The position numbers and the translations under genes are program-made. A model generated the notes under the pieces. That model made no database searches and was not told where the DNA came from. It saw only the letters and a list, made by a program, of their open reading frames with translations. Source: Xylographa opegraphella (Eukaryota). Taken from it: a stretch of DNA of 64,000 nucleotides. The stretch covers positions 1 to 64,000 of the forward strand of contig JALDZX010000041.1 of NCBI GenBank assembly GCA_022813865.1. The letters are read 5' to 3'. Of the stretch, positions 34,238-44,615 are shown piece by piece (the first letter of the stretch is position 1; each line of letters opens with the position of its first letter).

Positions 34238-36417
34238 GGTGGTAGGTATTGAAGAGGTTTTGATGGGTATGGTACTGTTTCGGAAGAGGAAGGTTCGTGA
34301 TACGACTGTTGAAGAAATGATCAATGGGTGCGGTACTGTTGTTGAACGAGGAAGTTTGTGACACAATAGTCAATTAAGAAATCAAAGAGTGCAATGTTGA
34401 TCTTCTTCAAACAAGATAGCTCGTGATACAGCAGTTGTTGATGAGTTGAAAATTTCTTCGTGTCGTGATCGCAGAGAATTCATAACAGCGCGAGAACCGG
34501 AATAGAGCTCACCTTGCGTGACCGGTCTAACCACGTTCGACCGGACCCTACAGTCGAAGAGATGTTAAAGGCGTCCATCCACGATACTTCGTAACCTTGC
34601 GTCGGTCCTTTCATTATCCCTAATACGTCCTCCTCCCCTACGCGGTTCCAGAGTTGGAACAGCTGGCCCCTTCTTCTGGTCCTGTGAAAATATATGTCTC
34701 CAGATTGGTGTATTAGAAGATGAGGTAAAGGTTCGGAAAAATGACAACCAGAAGTCATGGCCCTATGAGCACCATCCAGGGAATAACTGGCGATATCAAC
34801 TGGGCACGTACCACTCATATATATTGATACAACGCCATCACAAGGACAGTTTAGAGTACGCTGACATTTCAGTAGAGGCTTATATCATAAGTAGAAGTAT
34901 AACAGAGCTTCCGAAGCAAAAAGTAACAGATTTAAGAAGACAATGGCATAGCTTTGGATACTACTGGTAAAGCAACAAGGGATGCGGAGGCACAATTGCA
35001 TGACAGAACAAGAAATCACGGCTGTAAGAAGATCCACAAACTACGAAGATGGGACAAGACATATTCGCTTCATACACTTCTATGGCGGGAATCATGAAGC
35101 GTTGCCAAGGCATAACTAATATTATTAATAATAATGATAGGCAAACACAAGCAATCACCGTTGTCGCTCGTTCCGTAGGCGCGGGCGGCAGTCGCGGCGA
35201 GTGCGGCAATTCCGAGGTCTGGCTGCTGCCGAGGAACCATCATCATGCCTGACTGAATAACAGGGTACCAATTCGCACCGAGCCAGGTTCTTTCGCTCCA
35301 TTACATGACAATGCCCGTCAGCTAAGTCTCGTTGCCATGCTTCTTCAAGCATTGTACTCGTCAGCATTCCGTCCACATGAAGACATTCCGATACCACTCT
35401 AAAGTTGGCGCTCTGATCACCATGCTTACCATTAGGCAACTCAGGCTGTAAGACATGTTACAGGAGAAGGATCGATGGTCTCTTTTGAGCGCATCAAAAG
35501 TCGCCTTACATGCTTTGTCGACAAAGACTAGGGTTTACAAAAGTGCTTCTCAACGCCTGAGATCCTGAATTTGTGAGCTCGAGATATACAGTGAAGAAAC
35601 TTCAGTCTACCGCACCTCCTAACCCCCTCTCCACTGTTCACATTTCCTCGATATTTCTAGTTGAGAACAGGGTATATCAACAAATGATACGATCTGATAA
35701 AATATATCTATCTCATTCGTCATGTCTTTCTGATGGACCTACATGAATCCCCCTGCGTGTTCGCCTTCGCGTAGCAGGCCGCTCTGGCTGCAAATGTATC
35801 CCACGCTACATGGTGTGCAGTCCTGCAGGAATATTGCTCCGAGGCTCTGCCCACAGCAGCAGAGGATAAGTTGTTCCACGTCATTGGGAAGCTCAGTGTG
35901 AATTCTGTTGGAATTCCGATCGAGCACATAGCCATCCACCAATCATGCAAGGATGATACAACGAACAGCAATCGTGTAGACATTATATGCCTATTTGGGA
36001 CTATCACGGGCAATAACGTTATAGTCACGATATCTGTCAACACCGGTTAATCCTGCTCTAAGATTTGAAGCTGATAATTGAGCGTTTGTTAGAACGAACC
36101 TTGTCATTCATGCTACGTAACTAAGCGTCGAGAAGCATCAGAAAGATGATTGTTATGACTGCATCCGATAATGGCAACGATGAATCGATCGGTCGGAGAT
36201 ATGGCGACAAGTGCGTAGACCACTTGTCACGGCCGAATGGATGATTGCGAAGCAAAAGCTGGATAACCGAGCATGCCAAATACTATTTTCGAGGCTCGCA
36301 AGTGCGTCGTGTAAACTTCGGAGATATACTGCCAGCCACGCGGTGACATACAAAACAATGTCAAGACATTGGTGAATAAGTGGTCTTCATAAAATGCCAC
36401 ACATTACTGCTTCGCGG

Positions 36418-38436
36418 CTATCTTGCTGCTCCCGGCTGACCGCGCTCTGCCCTGGCTTCCAATCGTCTTGTTGAGCTCGAAGTTGTTGTCGTCGCAGTCT
36501 TCTTGCCATGTTTGATCTGCTCAATCGAAGACGCAGCGACGATCGGAATCACACATGGTGTGCAAACATCCTCAAGGTTGAAGAAACCGTCCTTAAGCAC
36601 CCAAATGTCCCCATACTTCTCATATGGCTCCAATTTCAGCCATGTCTCCCACTTTTTGATTACTGCCATAATAAGATCATCGGGCGCAGTAAACCACTCC
36701 TTATGAGTTTTTTTGCAAGGACATTCGATCGTTTTGAGACGGAAATTTTTCAGTTCCGTGTGTACGAGTCGTTCCAAGACGTACACTTGGTCGGAAGGTT
36801 CTTGTTGTTTCGCGTTCTTTTCTTCCTTTGGATACAGCAGTACCACAGGACCACACCTTCTCCAATATTTCAACCGGGTCTCTATGTTGCCATTTCCTGT
36901 TACGCCAATCTTCCGTGGTTCTATGCCTCCGCTAGTGGAATACACGTACAAGTGACCGGACTTGCCGCCATTCATTCCGAGAGGTTTGATGACGCATTTG
37001 GCAAGGGATTGCTTTACACTAAGATGCTTGGTATCCTGGGGTTGCCAGGGAATATGCCGGCTAATACCATTGACACAATCAATCTTGGTCGAAGACGCTT
37101 CAGAAAGCTTGTAATCATCTGTCGCTACTCGCTTGATAACTTTCTTCTTGGCTTCCTCGGGATCTCTTCTCTGTGCTTCCAATTTGAGAAGAGGCGAAAT
37201 ATCGTGATTTTCGGGATCAGGGCTGGACAGGTCCAGAGAATGAATCCAAGACGCAACTTTCTCCTTGGCGGTCTTGATATGGTCTTGACAGAATATAGAC
37301 TTAACTATATCATTGAGCTTAGTTGCAGCGTCAAGAAGGGATACCGGGTCGCATGCTGTTTCCAGCCACGAGCGTGCGAGTTTCCGCTTCTCTTTCCCTA
37401 TAGGTTGTTTGCAGCGCGGCCCGTACCTAGGGAGGCCATCTTTGAGCGGGGGTAGTTTTCTGAATCCATAGCACCGCTCACGCTCATCTTTGATATCTTC
37501 AATTATTTTACCATCGAAGATATCTCTGAGTACATCAATACAATTTATGGATAAGGTTTCTTTCTTCAATGTGGTAAGTACTCTCGGTTTGATTAGACGG
37601 GTTTCATGCTTCACATTGTCTTCTTCTATTTTGATATCACAGAGCTTGTTCTCAGCACTTGCATCTTCGTGTTCACCTTGTTCTTCTTCTTTTTCTTCTT
37701 CTTCTTCTTCGTCGTCCTCTTCCTCTTGTTTTTCTCTCTCAACTTCACCCTCTTTCTCTGCAGTAATCTTCACCTTCCTAGAAGCCACATCGAACAGTCC
37801 AGCTTTTGTAGATTTATCCCCGGAAGTACCGGCCTCTTGGCCATCCTGGTGAAGAACTGAGTCAGCGCGGGACTGAGCTTCTGGTTCCGTTTCGAAATGT
37901 GGAAATCTTCTAGGAACAGGCCTTCTAGTTTTACGGTCCGCCGGTGATGGACTTTCGTTGCCAAGAAAGGAATTTCGAGCCTTATAGACACTTGGGGGTG
38001 TCAGAGGCGTGGAAAGATCGGGCGGATTGTGTGTCTTTGGTTGAGGCGTATCGAAAAGTGTATCTTCGTCATCACTTATATCAGACCCGGGTGAGCTGGG
38101 CGATCGAGGACGGTTCCCTGGAATGCGAGGATCATCTGTATCTTCTACCCTGACTCTGGGTGGATTCCTGGCGTTGGTCTGTATTGGTACACCGATTGTG
38201 CTTTGTGAAGACGCTCTTTGACGTATTTTCGAACCTACAGACGAAGATCTTGGAGTAAGGGGATTGCTTTCGGAGCTCATGGGGTGTTTGCACAGTGGCA
38301 CAACACCTTTGAAGGTTTCTACATGCCGCTTCGGGGTCAATGGTGTGTCACTACCGGCGAGCGACACCGTGTTCCGTTGCTTGGTACTCCTAGAATGAAC
38401 TTCGCCAGATGTTGCGGCATCAATGAGGGTCGACAT
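36418..38436 (-). CDS. T5orf172/MUG113 (GIY-YIG-like) domain protein, 672 aa, intronless
   Basis: C-terminal GHLYVY..KIGVT..IETRLKYWRRC..LERLVHTEL..C.C.KTHKEWF matches the T5orf172 pattern. Disordered Ser/Pro-rich N-terminus, an acidic tract, and a Cys/His central region (RCYG..RC..FCQDH). Confidence 0.85.
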   Translation of the reverse strand: MSTLIDAATSGEVHSRSTKQRNTVSLAGSDTPLTPKRHVETFKGVVPLCKHPMSSESNPLTPRSSSVGSKIRQRASSQSTIGVPIQTNARNPPRVRVEDTDDPRIPGNRPRSPSSPGSDISDDEDTLFDTPQPKTHNPPDLSTPLTPPSVYKARNSFLGNESPSPADRKTRRPVPRRFPHFETEPEAQSRADSVLHQDGQEAGTSGDKSTKAGLFDVASRKVKITAEKEGEVEREKQEEEDDEEEEEEKEEEQGEHEDASAENKLCDIKIEEDNVKHETRLIKPRVLTTLKKETLSINCIDVLRDIFDGKIIEDIKDERERCYGFRKLPPLKDGLPRYGPRCKQPIGKEKRKLARSWLETACDPVSLLDAATKLNDIVKSIFCQDHIKTAKEKVASWIHSLDLSSPDPENHDISPLLKLEAQRRDPEEAKKKVIKRVATDDYKLSEASSTKIDCVNGISRHIPWQPQDTKHLSVKQSLAKCVIKPLGMNGGKSGHLYVYSTSGGIEPRKIGVTGNGNIETRLKYWRRCGPVVLLYPKEEKNAKQQEPSDQVYVLERLVHTELKNFRLKTIECPCKKTHKEWFTAPDDLIMAVIKKWETWLKLEPYEKYGDIWVLKDGFFNLEDVCTPCVIPIVAASSIEQIKHGKKTATTTTSSSTRRLEARAERGQPGAAR
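37678..37740 (-). repeat. GAA/GAG-rich microsatellite-like tract encoding a poly-Glu/Asp stretch
   Basis: (TTC)n-rich on the plus strand, encoding EREKQEEEDDEEEEEEKEEEQ. Confidence 0.75.
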
Positions 38437-39840
38437 GCTGGCGAGGTCTCCGAGAATTCCAAGGATGTGTGTAAGAAAGACAACTACTCCGAGCCTCGCT
38501 CAATCAAAGAATCGACCTGCACTTCTATATCTCAAGAACGAAGCTTGACGTAGCACCATATAGCACAGAAGCAGACACCAAAGGGACCAATTTGGGTGGG
38601 GTGCACACCATCGGCTCAAAGATCCTGCCTCTGAGAGCTTCGCCACATTTCAGCAGCGCTGGCCATCTTCATCGTCTGAGCCATCCTCAACTGGGCCGCT
38701 TCTAGGATATGGCCACTGGCTATCCTGGCTAAGCGTGCGTCAGATGCACGAGCGACGCGGAATTACAATGGCTTGTCCCAGGGGCTCTGGTAAACTTGCG
38801 AAGGTTTGCGTGATTATTTTCCCTCGTAAGTTAGTTACTCAGTGGGCTCAAGGACACCCGCCGTATCTCTCCTCGGACCCGTAACATCGATACCCCATGT
38901 CTGGGCGACATTGGGTTGGAATCGCCCTCCGCTTATCACGGCAGACCGACTGTGAGACGTACTAAAAGCACCACACCCTCCTCGCAACCACGTCCTGCAT
39001 CAAAGTAAGGTACCTTGGGTACTCATAGTACACAAAAGGCAGGGAGTGCCTGCAGGACGATCGGCGCCTGACCAATCAGATTGCCGCAATAGGCGCTGAA
39101 AGCGGCAAGAGCGTGCTGTGGGCGCACGATCGTCAGCACTGCCCAAACGAAGGCCGAGACAGTGGCTATGCAGCCAAGCTGAAGGCTGAGAGAGCCGAAG
39201 TGGTGTCAGAAGTAGTGCTATGGGCGGAATAGTAAAGTAAGATCCTGCCACAGCTGAAGGATGCCCTGCGATGTGATCTGAAGAGTGAGGGAAAGGCAGA
39301 ATTTCAATGGCCGGGGTGTTCGATGCGAATTGCATTCTGCATGACAACGAGTGTAGTTTGCCGTTGGACAAGGTATTCTGTGCCTGAAATCGCGCGCCAC
39401 TTTGATCTTGTTGTAAGGTCTTCGGAATGTAGCCTTTGATTCCGGGCTTTCCTCATGGATCATTCATATCTTTGCAATGTAATGTTTTTTCCAATCGAAA
39501 GCCGGTCGTTGAATTGCTACGAGCGAGGTTCGTGGAATTGTGTGATATTCACTATGTATGTCCGCTACGCAAATCTGCCTGTACGCACATTACTACCTCG
39601 AACGACGTAGAGCGCTTGGGGGCAATCAAGTTCAGCACACAGTACCACCATGGTGGTAGTCGAATTCACACAACAAAATAACGGGACAATCAGGCACAAA
39701 GCCTTATGCATCAAGTCGTGTATTTTATGATGCTTACATAAGAATGTATACTGGAAATCCATGCGTAGTCCTTCTTCACTGCCGTTCATAGCTTTATCAA
39801 CGTCTCACTAGGGAGGCCCTTGCTACAATACTATACACTT

Positions 39841-40941
39841 TCACTTGGGAAGATACTTTATTCCCGTGGCCGGGCAACTCGAGCTCCCGCCCACTAGACG
39901 CAGAGATCAGCGTAAACTCATCGGAGCTTTGCAGAAGAAAGCAAACTATTCATACCTTGGTTCGTAGGCACAAAAGTCCCAGTCTGAACGCTTCCCTTGA
40001 CATCAAAGTAATACCAAGCCTCATCAAGCGCGCCGTTGGAGCACTGAACAACGGCTGAGACGCCTCGAGCCTTCTCGAGCGCAGCGTTGATTGCCGACAA
40101 GGTATATGTTTTGCTGGACGAAGGGACAATACCGGCGGTAGAAAGGTACTTTTTCAGAGCGCGCAGTCAGCATCAGGCGATAGGCGGGTTCACTCCGCAC
40201 AACGACAAGATCATCTTACGGTGTATGTATCGAGTGTCTGGAAGAGTTGGGTGGTCTTATTGAAGAAGTCGACAACCTCTTCCTGTGGCTTGTAGTTCGT
40301 GTAGCACTTTGTGTCCAGGGTGCTTATGCAAGTGCCATGCTTGCCCCATTCATGCTCCCAGAAGACTTCATTCGTGCCATCGTTGGGATCGTTGAGCCAG
40401 TAGGTATTCATGTAGTTGAGGAGCGTGGTAGCACCGTAAGATTTCAAGATGGCAGTGATGTTCGTGTATTGCCTCTTTTCGTCACAGTACTGGCCATAAG
40501 TACCATCGCAGTTGTTGGGCCTACTGGAGCATCAGCGCCAGTTTAGATTTTGCCGACCGCCACATGGCATGCTCACCACAGCCCATGAACAGTCCATGAA
40601 TTCGTAGGACCGGTGGCAGGATCAGTGTCCCAAAACTGGGTTTGCTGCAATAAACCGCCCGGCGCGTTGAAGCAGCAAGTGTTCGCAACCGCAGTGGTAT
40701 TGTGGCAACTCAGCTGCGGATTGGTGCATACATCTGGCGACCCGCCCAGAACACCATTGTTGTAAAGTGCAAACTGAGCAGAGCCGAATGCCAGCTTCGC
40801 GAGGGAGCGAATTGAAGGTAGTGAGTAAGGCATATTCTCGGCGGAGAGATTTTGCACAGTTGCGGCGAAAGAGGAGAGACCGGAAGACGCTTTATGAGCT
40901 CCATCCTGCAGGGCGGTTGACAGCTGTTGGTAAACGTCCAT
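39841..40941 (-). CDS. Ribonuclease T2 family, multi-exon (start at 40941 or 40833)
   Basis: CAS I (WTVHGLW|PNNCDG), CAS II (FWEHEWGKHGTC), TCCFNAPGG..QTQFWD, and a C-terminal SSCPATGIKYLPK*. Confidence 0.93.
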
Positions 40942-41595
40942 CGTGGAATGAGCAGCCACAGCTAATCAATTGCCTGATTTGCAGCACGCGATGAGGCAGG
41001 TGTCGGGGCAAGAACCTCGTTGCAGAAGCTGAGCTGGAGAGCCGCTGGCATTTGGAGAACATGCTACAACGGGCATGCTTCTTTGGTGTCGGAGGAAAGC
41101 GAGTTGCACAAAGGGGCAGCTACACAGGCGGCCTATCAGCAGCGAGGAATGTGCATCATGCGGTGTTTGGATGCAGCTTCACAAACAGGGCTCGGTCCGC
41201 CATTTCTAGAAGCAGAACAAGCTTCGTGCTTATCTCCGCCGCTAGAGACTGGTGTCCGGGCCGATGACCTCATAGCGTCTTGATGTATCCTAGCGCCAGA
41301 GGAAACGACCATCGAATGAAGGTGGTGCGGATTCGCTTGAACGGTGATCCTACTGCAGGCTGTCGTATTTGTTGTAGTATTCAACACTTGCAAATGGTAA
41401 GTGGTACCATTTGCATTGGTCGTATCGTTGAAACCAAGTACTTGCCATCGTAGCACGAGAAAATATTCATTCGACGGATACATGTATCGTGTTGCAAATC
41501 CTAATCGTCTTCCCTTTCGCGGTAATTCTGTTTCTTCCACTCTATATACTAGTGAATACCACGCAGGACTGCGAGCAAAATACGAGGGAAATATC

Positions 41596-42652
41596 TCAAA
41601 GAGATTGGCCAACATTCCACCTCCTTCGACTCGTCGCTGGCGGACTCGCTTTGATCAATTGCCTGTAGCTCGAGCAATGATGATCTGAGTCAAAGGACCA
41701 AAGACCATACCAGGCCGTGGATCTGGGGTTTCGAGGGTTCCAGAACGGGCCAACTTCTACTTTCATTCCTGTCCTGTTGTATGTCAGAAAAATCTTGCTG
41801 ATCTCGTCTCTACAGCGCGTCTCGCCATAGACGGGCCGAATACTGCGATCTCGATCATCAGTGATCTGCACCTGCGAACCCATTTCCTGACATTCAGAGT
41901 CGATATCGCTTCCCAGTAACGTCCAGGCTGTGATGATCAGGCACCTGCTTTCATCTGTCAGATTTCCAAGGGCGTTTCAAAACTCAGTTGAACAGTATCT
42001 GCATCATAGTCTCTGAAAGCAAAGACATGATTTGAAGCGTCTGCAGGTATTTTCACGTGTACAGAAATCGCCAAGCCAATCATCTTTCCAACGGTGATGG
42101 GGACACAGCTATCGAAGGATCTGTCGTAGATATGCTTGAAGAAGATGCTGGCTTCCGCTTCTTGCATATATTGTTGTCTCGGGGATCTCCCAGCGTGTCT
42201 CCGCAAATAGACAGGAGTCAACCTTGAGCATTTGATAGCCATGTGGACGTATCCGCCCCGAGGGACCAGCTGCGAATGGTTGTAATCCTCATGTTCTCTG
42301 TCGATATATATAGTGGCGAATCCTTTCAGTTATTCATCGTGGGGGAACGCGACCATGTCCTTCCACGGAAAGCGGAGATGTCGGCTAAGATGAACTTCCT
42401 GGTAGGCTTTGTACCACAGTCGCGTGGTTGACGAGCTTACATAGTGTATACTTCTTCTGTTGAGTATTGCGAGGCGCCAAACCAGAGGTTGGGATCGTGA
42501 CTGGATATTTGAGCAGACAGGCAATTCGGTCCCTCTCGAAGCATTTCTGGTGCTTGCGCTGGGCTTGAGATATCGACCGAAGGCGACGTAGCATACTCAT
42601 CAGTAGAGTGCGGAGGGATCCGGAATCCGGACTAGACGAGGAGCTCGGCCAT
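41596..42652 (-). pseudogene. Possible disrupted hypothetical gene (premature TAG plus an apparent frameshift)
   Basis: ATG 42652, in-frame TAG at 42632-42634, open frame to a GTAAGC..CAG intron (42298-42440) that joins in frame to ORF 41958-42242. A second frame continues to 41596. No family recognised. Confidence 0.3.
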
Positions 42653-42992
42653 GCAAGTACAATACAAGACATAAGACAATACAAGAAATCGGTTGGTAGC
42701 TGCAATCGATGTCTGTCAAAGTAGAGAAACAACATCTGCTTTCAACAATGGCTTCCAGAGGGGGTGTAAGCTATGCTGAAGTTGTACTGTAGGGTGGCAA
42801 AGCGCAGAACAACGCAAAGATTACATGGAGCGATCACTATGAAGCTTTGTATCAGATGTGGCCGAAATCTTGATATTTGAAAATTATAGCTTCGACTGGT
42901 AGAGGATTTCGTATGAACCGTGAAATCTGTTCCAGTTTCCGGACAAGTTATCTATTGATTTGAGGAATCGCTCGAGCGAGCAAATCCAAGCA

Positions 42993-44382
42993 TCATAATA
43001 TAACGTCTGAAAGGCTTGATCTCTTCTCGTTATATATGCGCCGAACTTCAAAGCCAACCTCAATCGTGATCAAGGCGATGATGATCCATTCGAGACGGTT
43101 ACCATGCTGCTCGCTCAGTTGCCCACGCAAGACACTCGCAATCTCCTGAGCATAATCCATCTTCTCGTTCAAGGTTTTGATGCGGATACCCACGTCGAGC
43201 GCGCGTCCAACCTGATCGTAGGATCGCTCCAAGCCGAGTTCGTAACGGCTGTCCCAGAACAGGTCTGGTAACGAATCGGTAAGCTCTGAATATAGGTTTA
43301 ACTGGGCGCGAATACTCATGAGTTGGCCCGTCTTCTGTAGAACGAATGACCGCGTGAATGGCAGGCCCTTGCCTCTCGATAGCATGGTCGGTATCGATCT
43401 CGTCGACTCAAAGTATTCGTTCAAGAGACTTTCAAGCACTGCTAGCTTGGTAGATCGCGCCAGACCAGACGAGAAGGCGATCTTTGCAAGGGTTATATTA
43501 ACGTCGCTTGTAGGGTTTTCGGGAAGAGCTCGTTGTATTTCATCGGCTTCTGCACTATCTGTTACGACAGCTTGGTTTCGCCCGTTGCCACTTTTACAGC
43601 CAAGATATATCGTGTCGCCCTTCATGCTACTGGAATCTTTACTGAGATCTTCCACATACTCGAGGTCTTCGGTCTCAAGTCGTTCCAAGTGTGGGTTTAC
43701 AACCGCCGGAAGCAATGTTTTCGTTGCCAAATGTATTAGAGTTTCCTCGGCGACGTTCCATGCCACTATTGTTCCAGAAGGAAAAATAAATACATCACCA
43801 ATACAAGCGCGGGTCTGTCCATTCATCATCTGCGGTAGAGATCCAGTAGTCGTTGGCAGCTCGATATGCACTACTTGTGGAGATAGGCTGGTACTGTTTG
43901 GATCAAGCTTATAATGATAGTTGCGTAAGATATCGGCTACCCGTTTGAGATCATACTGTTCGGCTACACAACAGGCAGTTAATGTCTGTACCACAATCAG
44001 TATATTGTACATTTTTGTAAGACTCGTGCTATCTTACCTTTCTTTCAACTGCGTTCACTGGACTCTCTATACTTGGACTGAAAGCTTTATCTTGGTAGCT
44101 CTGAGCTTCTATAGCTGCTCGCCGCAAGGAGACCCTGGGGTCAGATGTTTTTTTTCTCGTCCTTTTGATAGATTGATATACGGCCTTGGGTGGCTCTGCA
44201 TCTTGAACTGACACGGCATTCCGTAAATTGGAATGCAAGAGTCGGGCACGATGCGCTCGCCACAAGCCCGGATAATTTATATGGTATAAATTGGTTGGGG
44301 ATAGATAAACTTTAGATGTTAAAGGAACAATGGTTCTAGGCAGGTCTGTATTTACATAGATCCGCTGCCCACAACGGATCAT
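42993..44382 (-). CDS. DUF155 / RMND1-Rmd1-Sif2 family mitochondrial protein (Mrx10-like), 2 exons
   Basis: TACCVAEQYDL, FIFPSGTIVAWNV, AFSSGLARSTKLAVLE, RAQLNLYSELTDSLPDLFWD, LDVGIRIKTLNEKMDY, and RLEWIIIALITIEV. Presequence-like exon 1. Confidence 0.9.
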
Positions 44383-44615
44383 GTGGAATCAAAGGACATA
44401 TGTATTTTCCCGAGCTTTATGTAGGAGAGTCTTTTTAGGTCTTTTCTCGCATTGAGGTTACAGTATTCCAGGCAGAATAAACAATTTTCCGAACAACAAT
44501 CCATTGGCCTATGGCTGCGAAGTAAGCGCAGATATGATGGAGCAATGCTTAGTCAGTCATGACGAACTGTTTAGCGTTCACCATATCGTGCGTCCCAGAT
44601 AACGGCAGGCATCGC

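Noticed and set aside
34400..36400. Short ORFs, including a Cys-rich 67-aa ORF at 35739-35942
   Set aside because: I could not assemble a consistent gene model or recognise a family.
36508..37455. 315-aa plus-strand ORF
   Set aside because: It is an antisense shadow of the T5orf172 gene, with no ATG at the listed start and no recognisable motifs.
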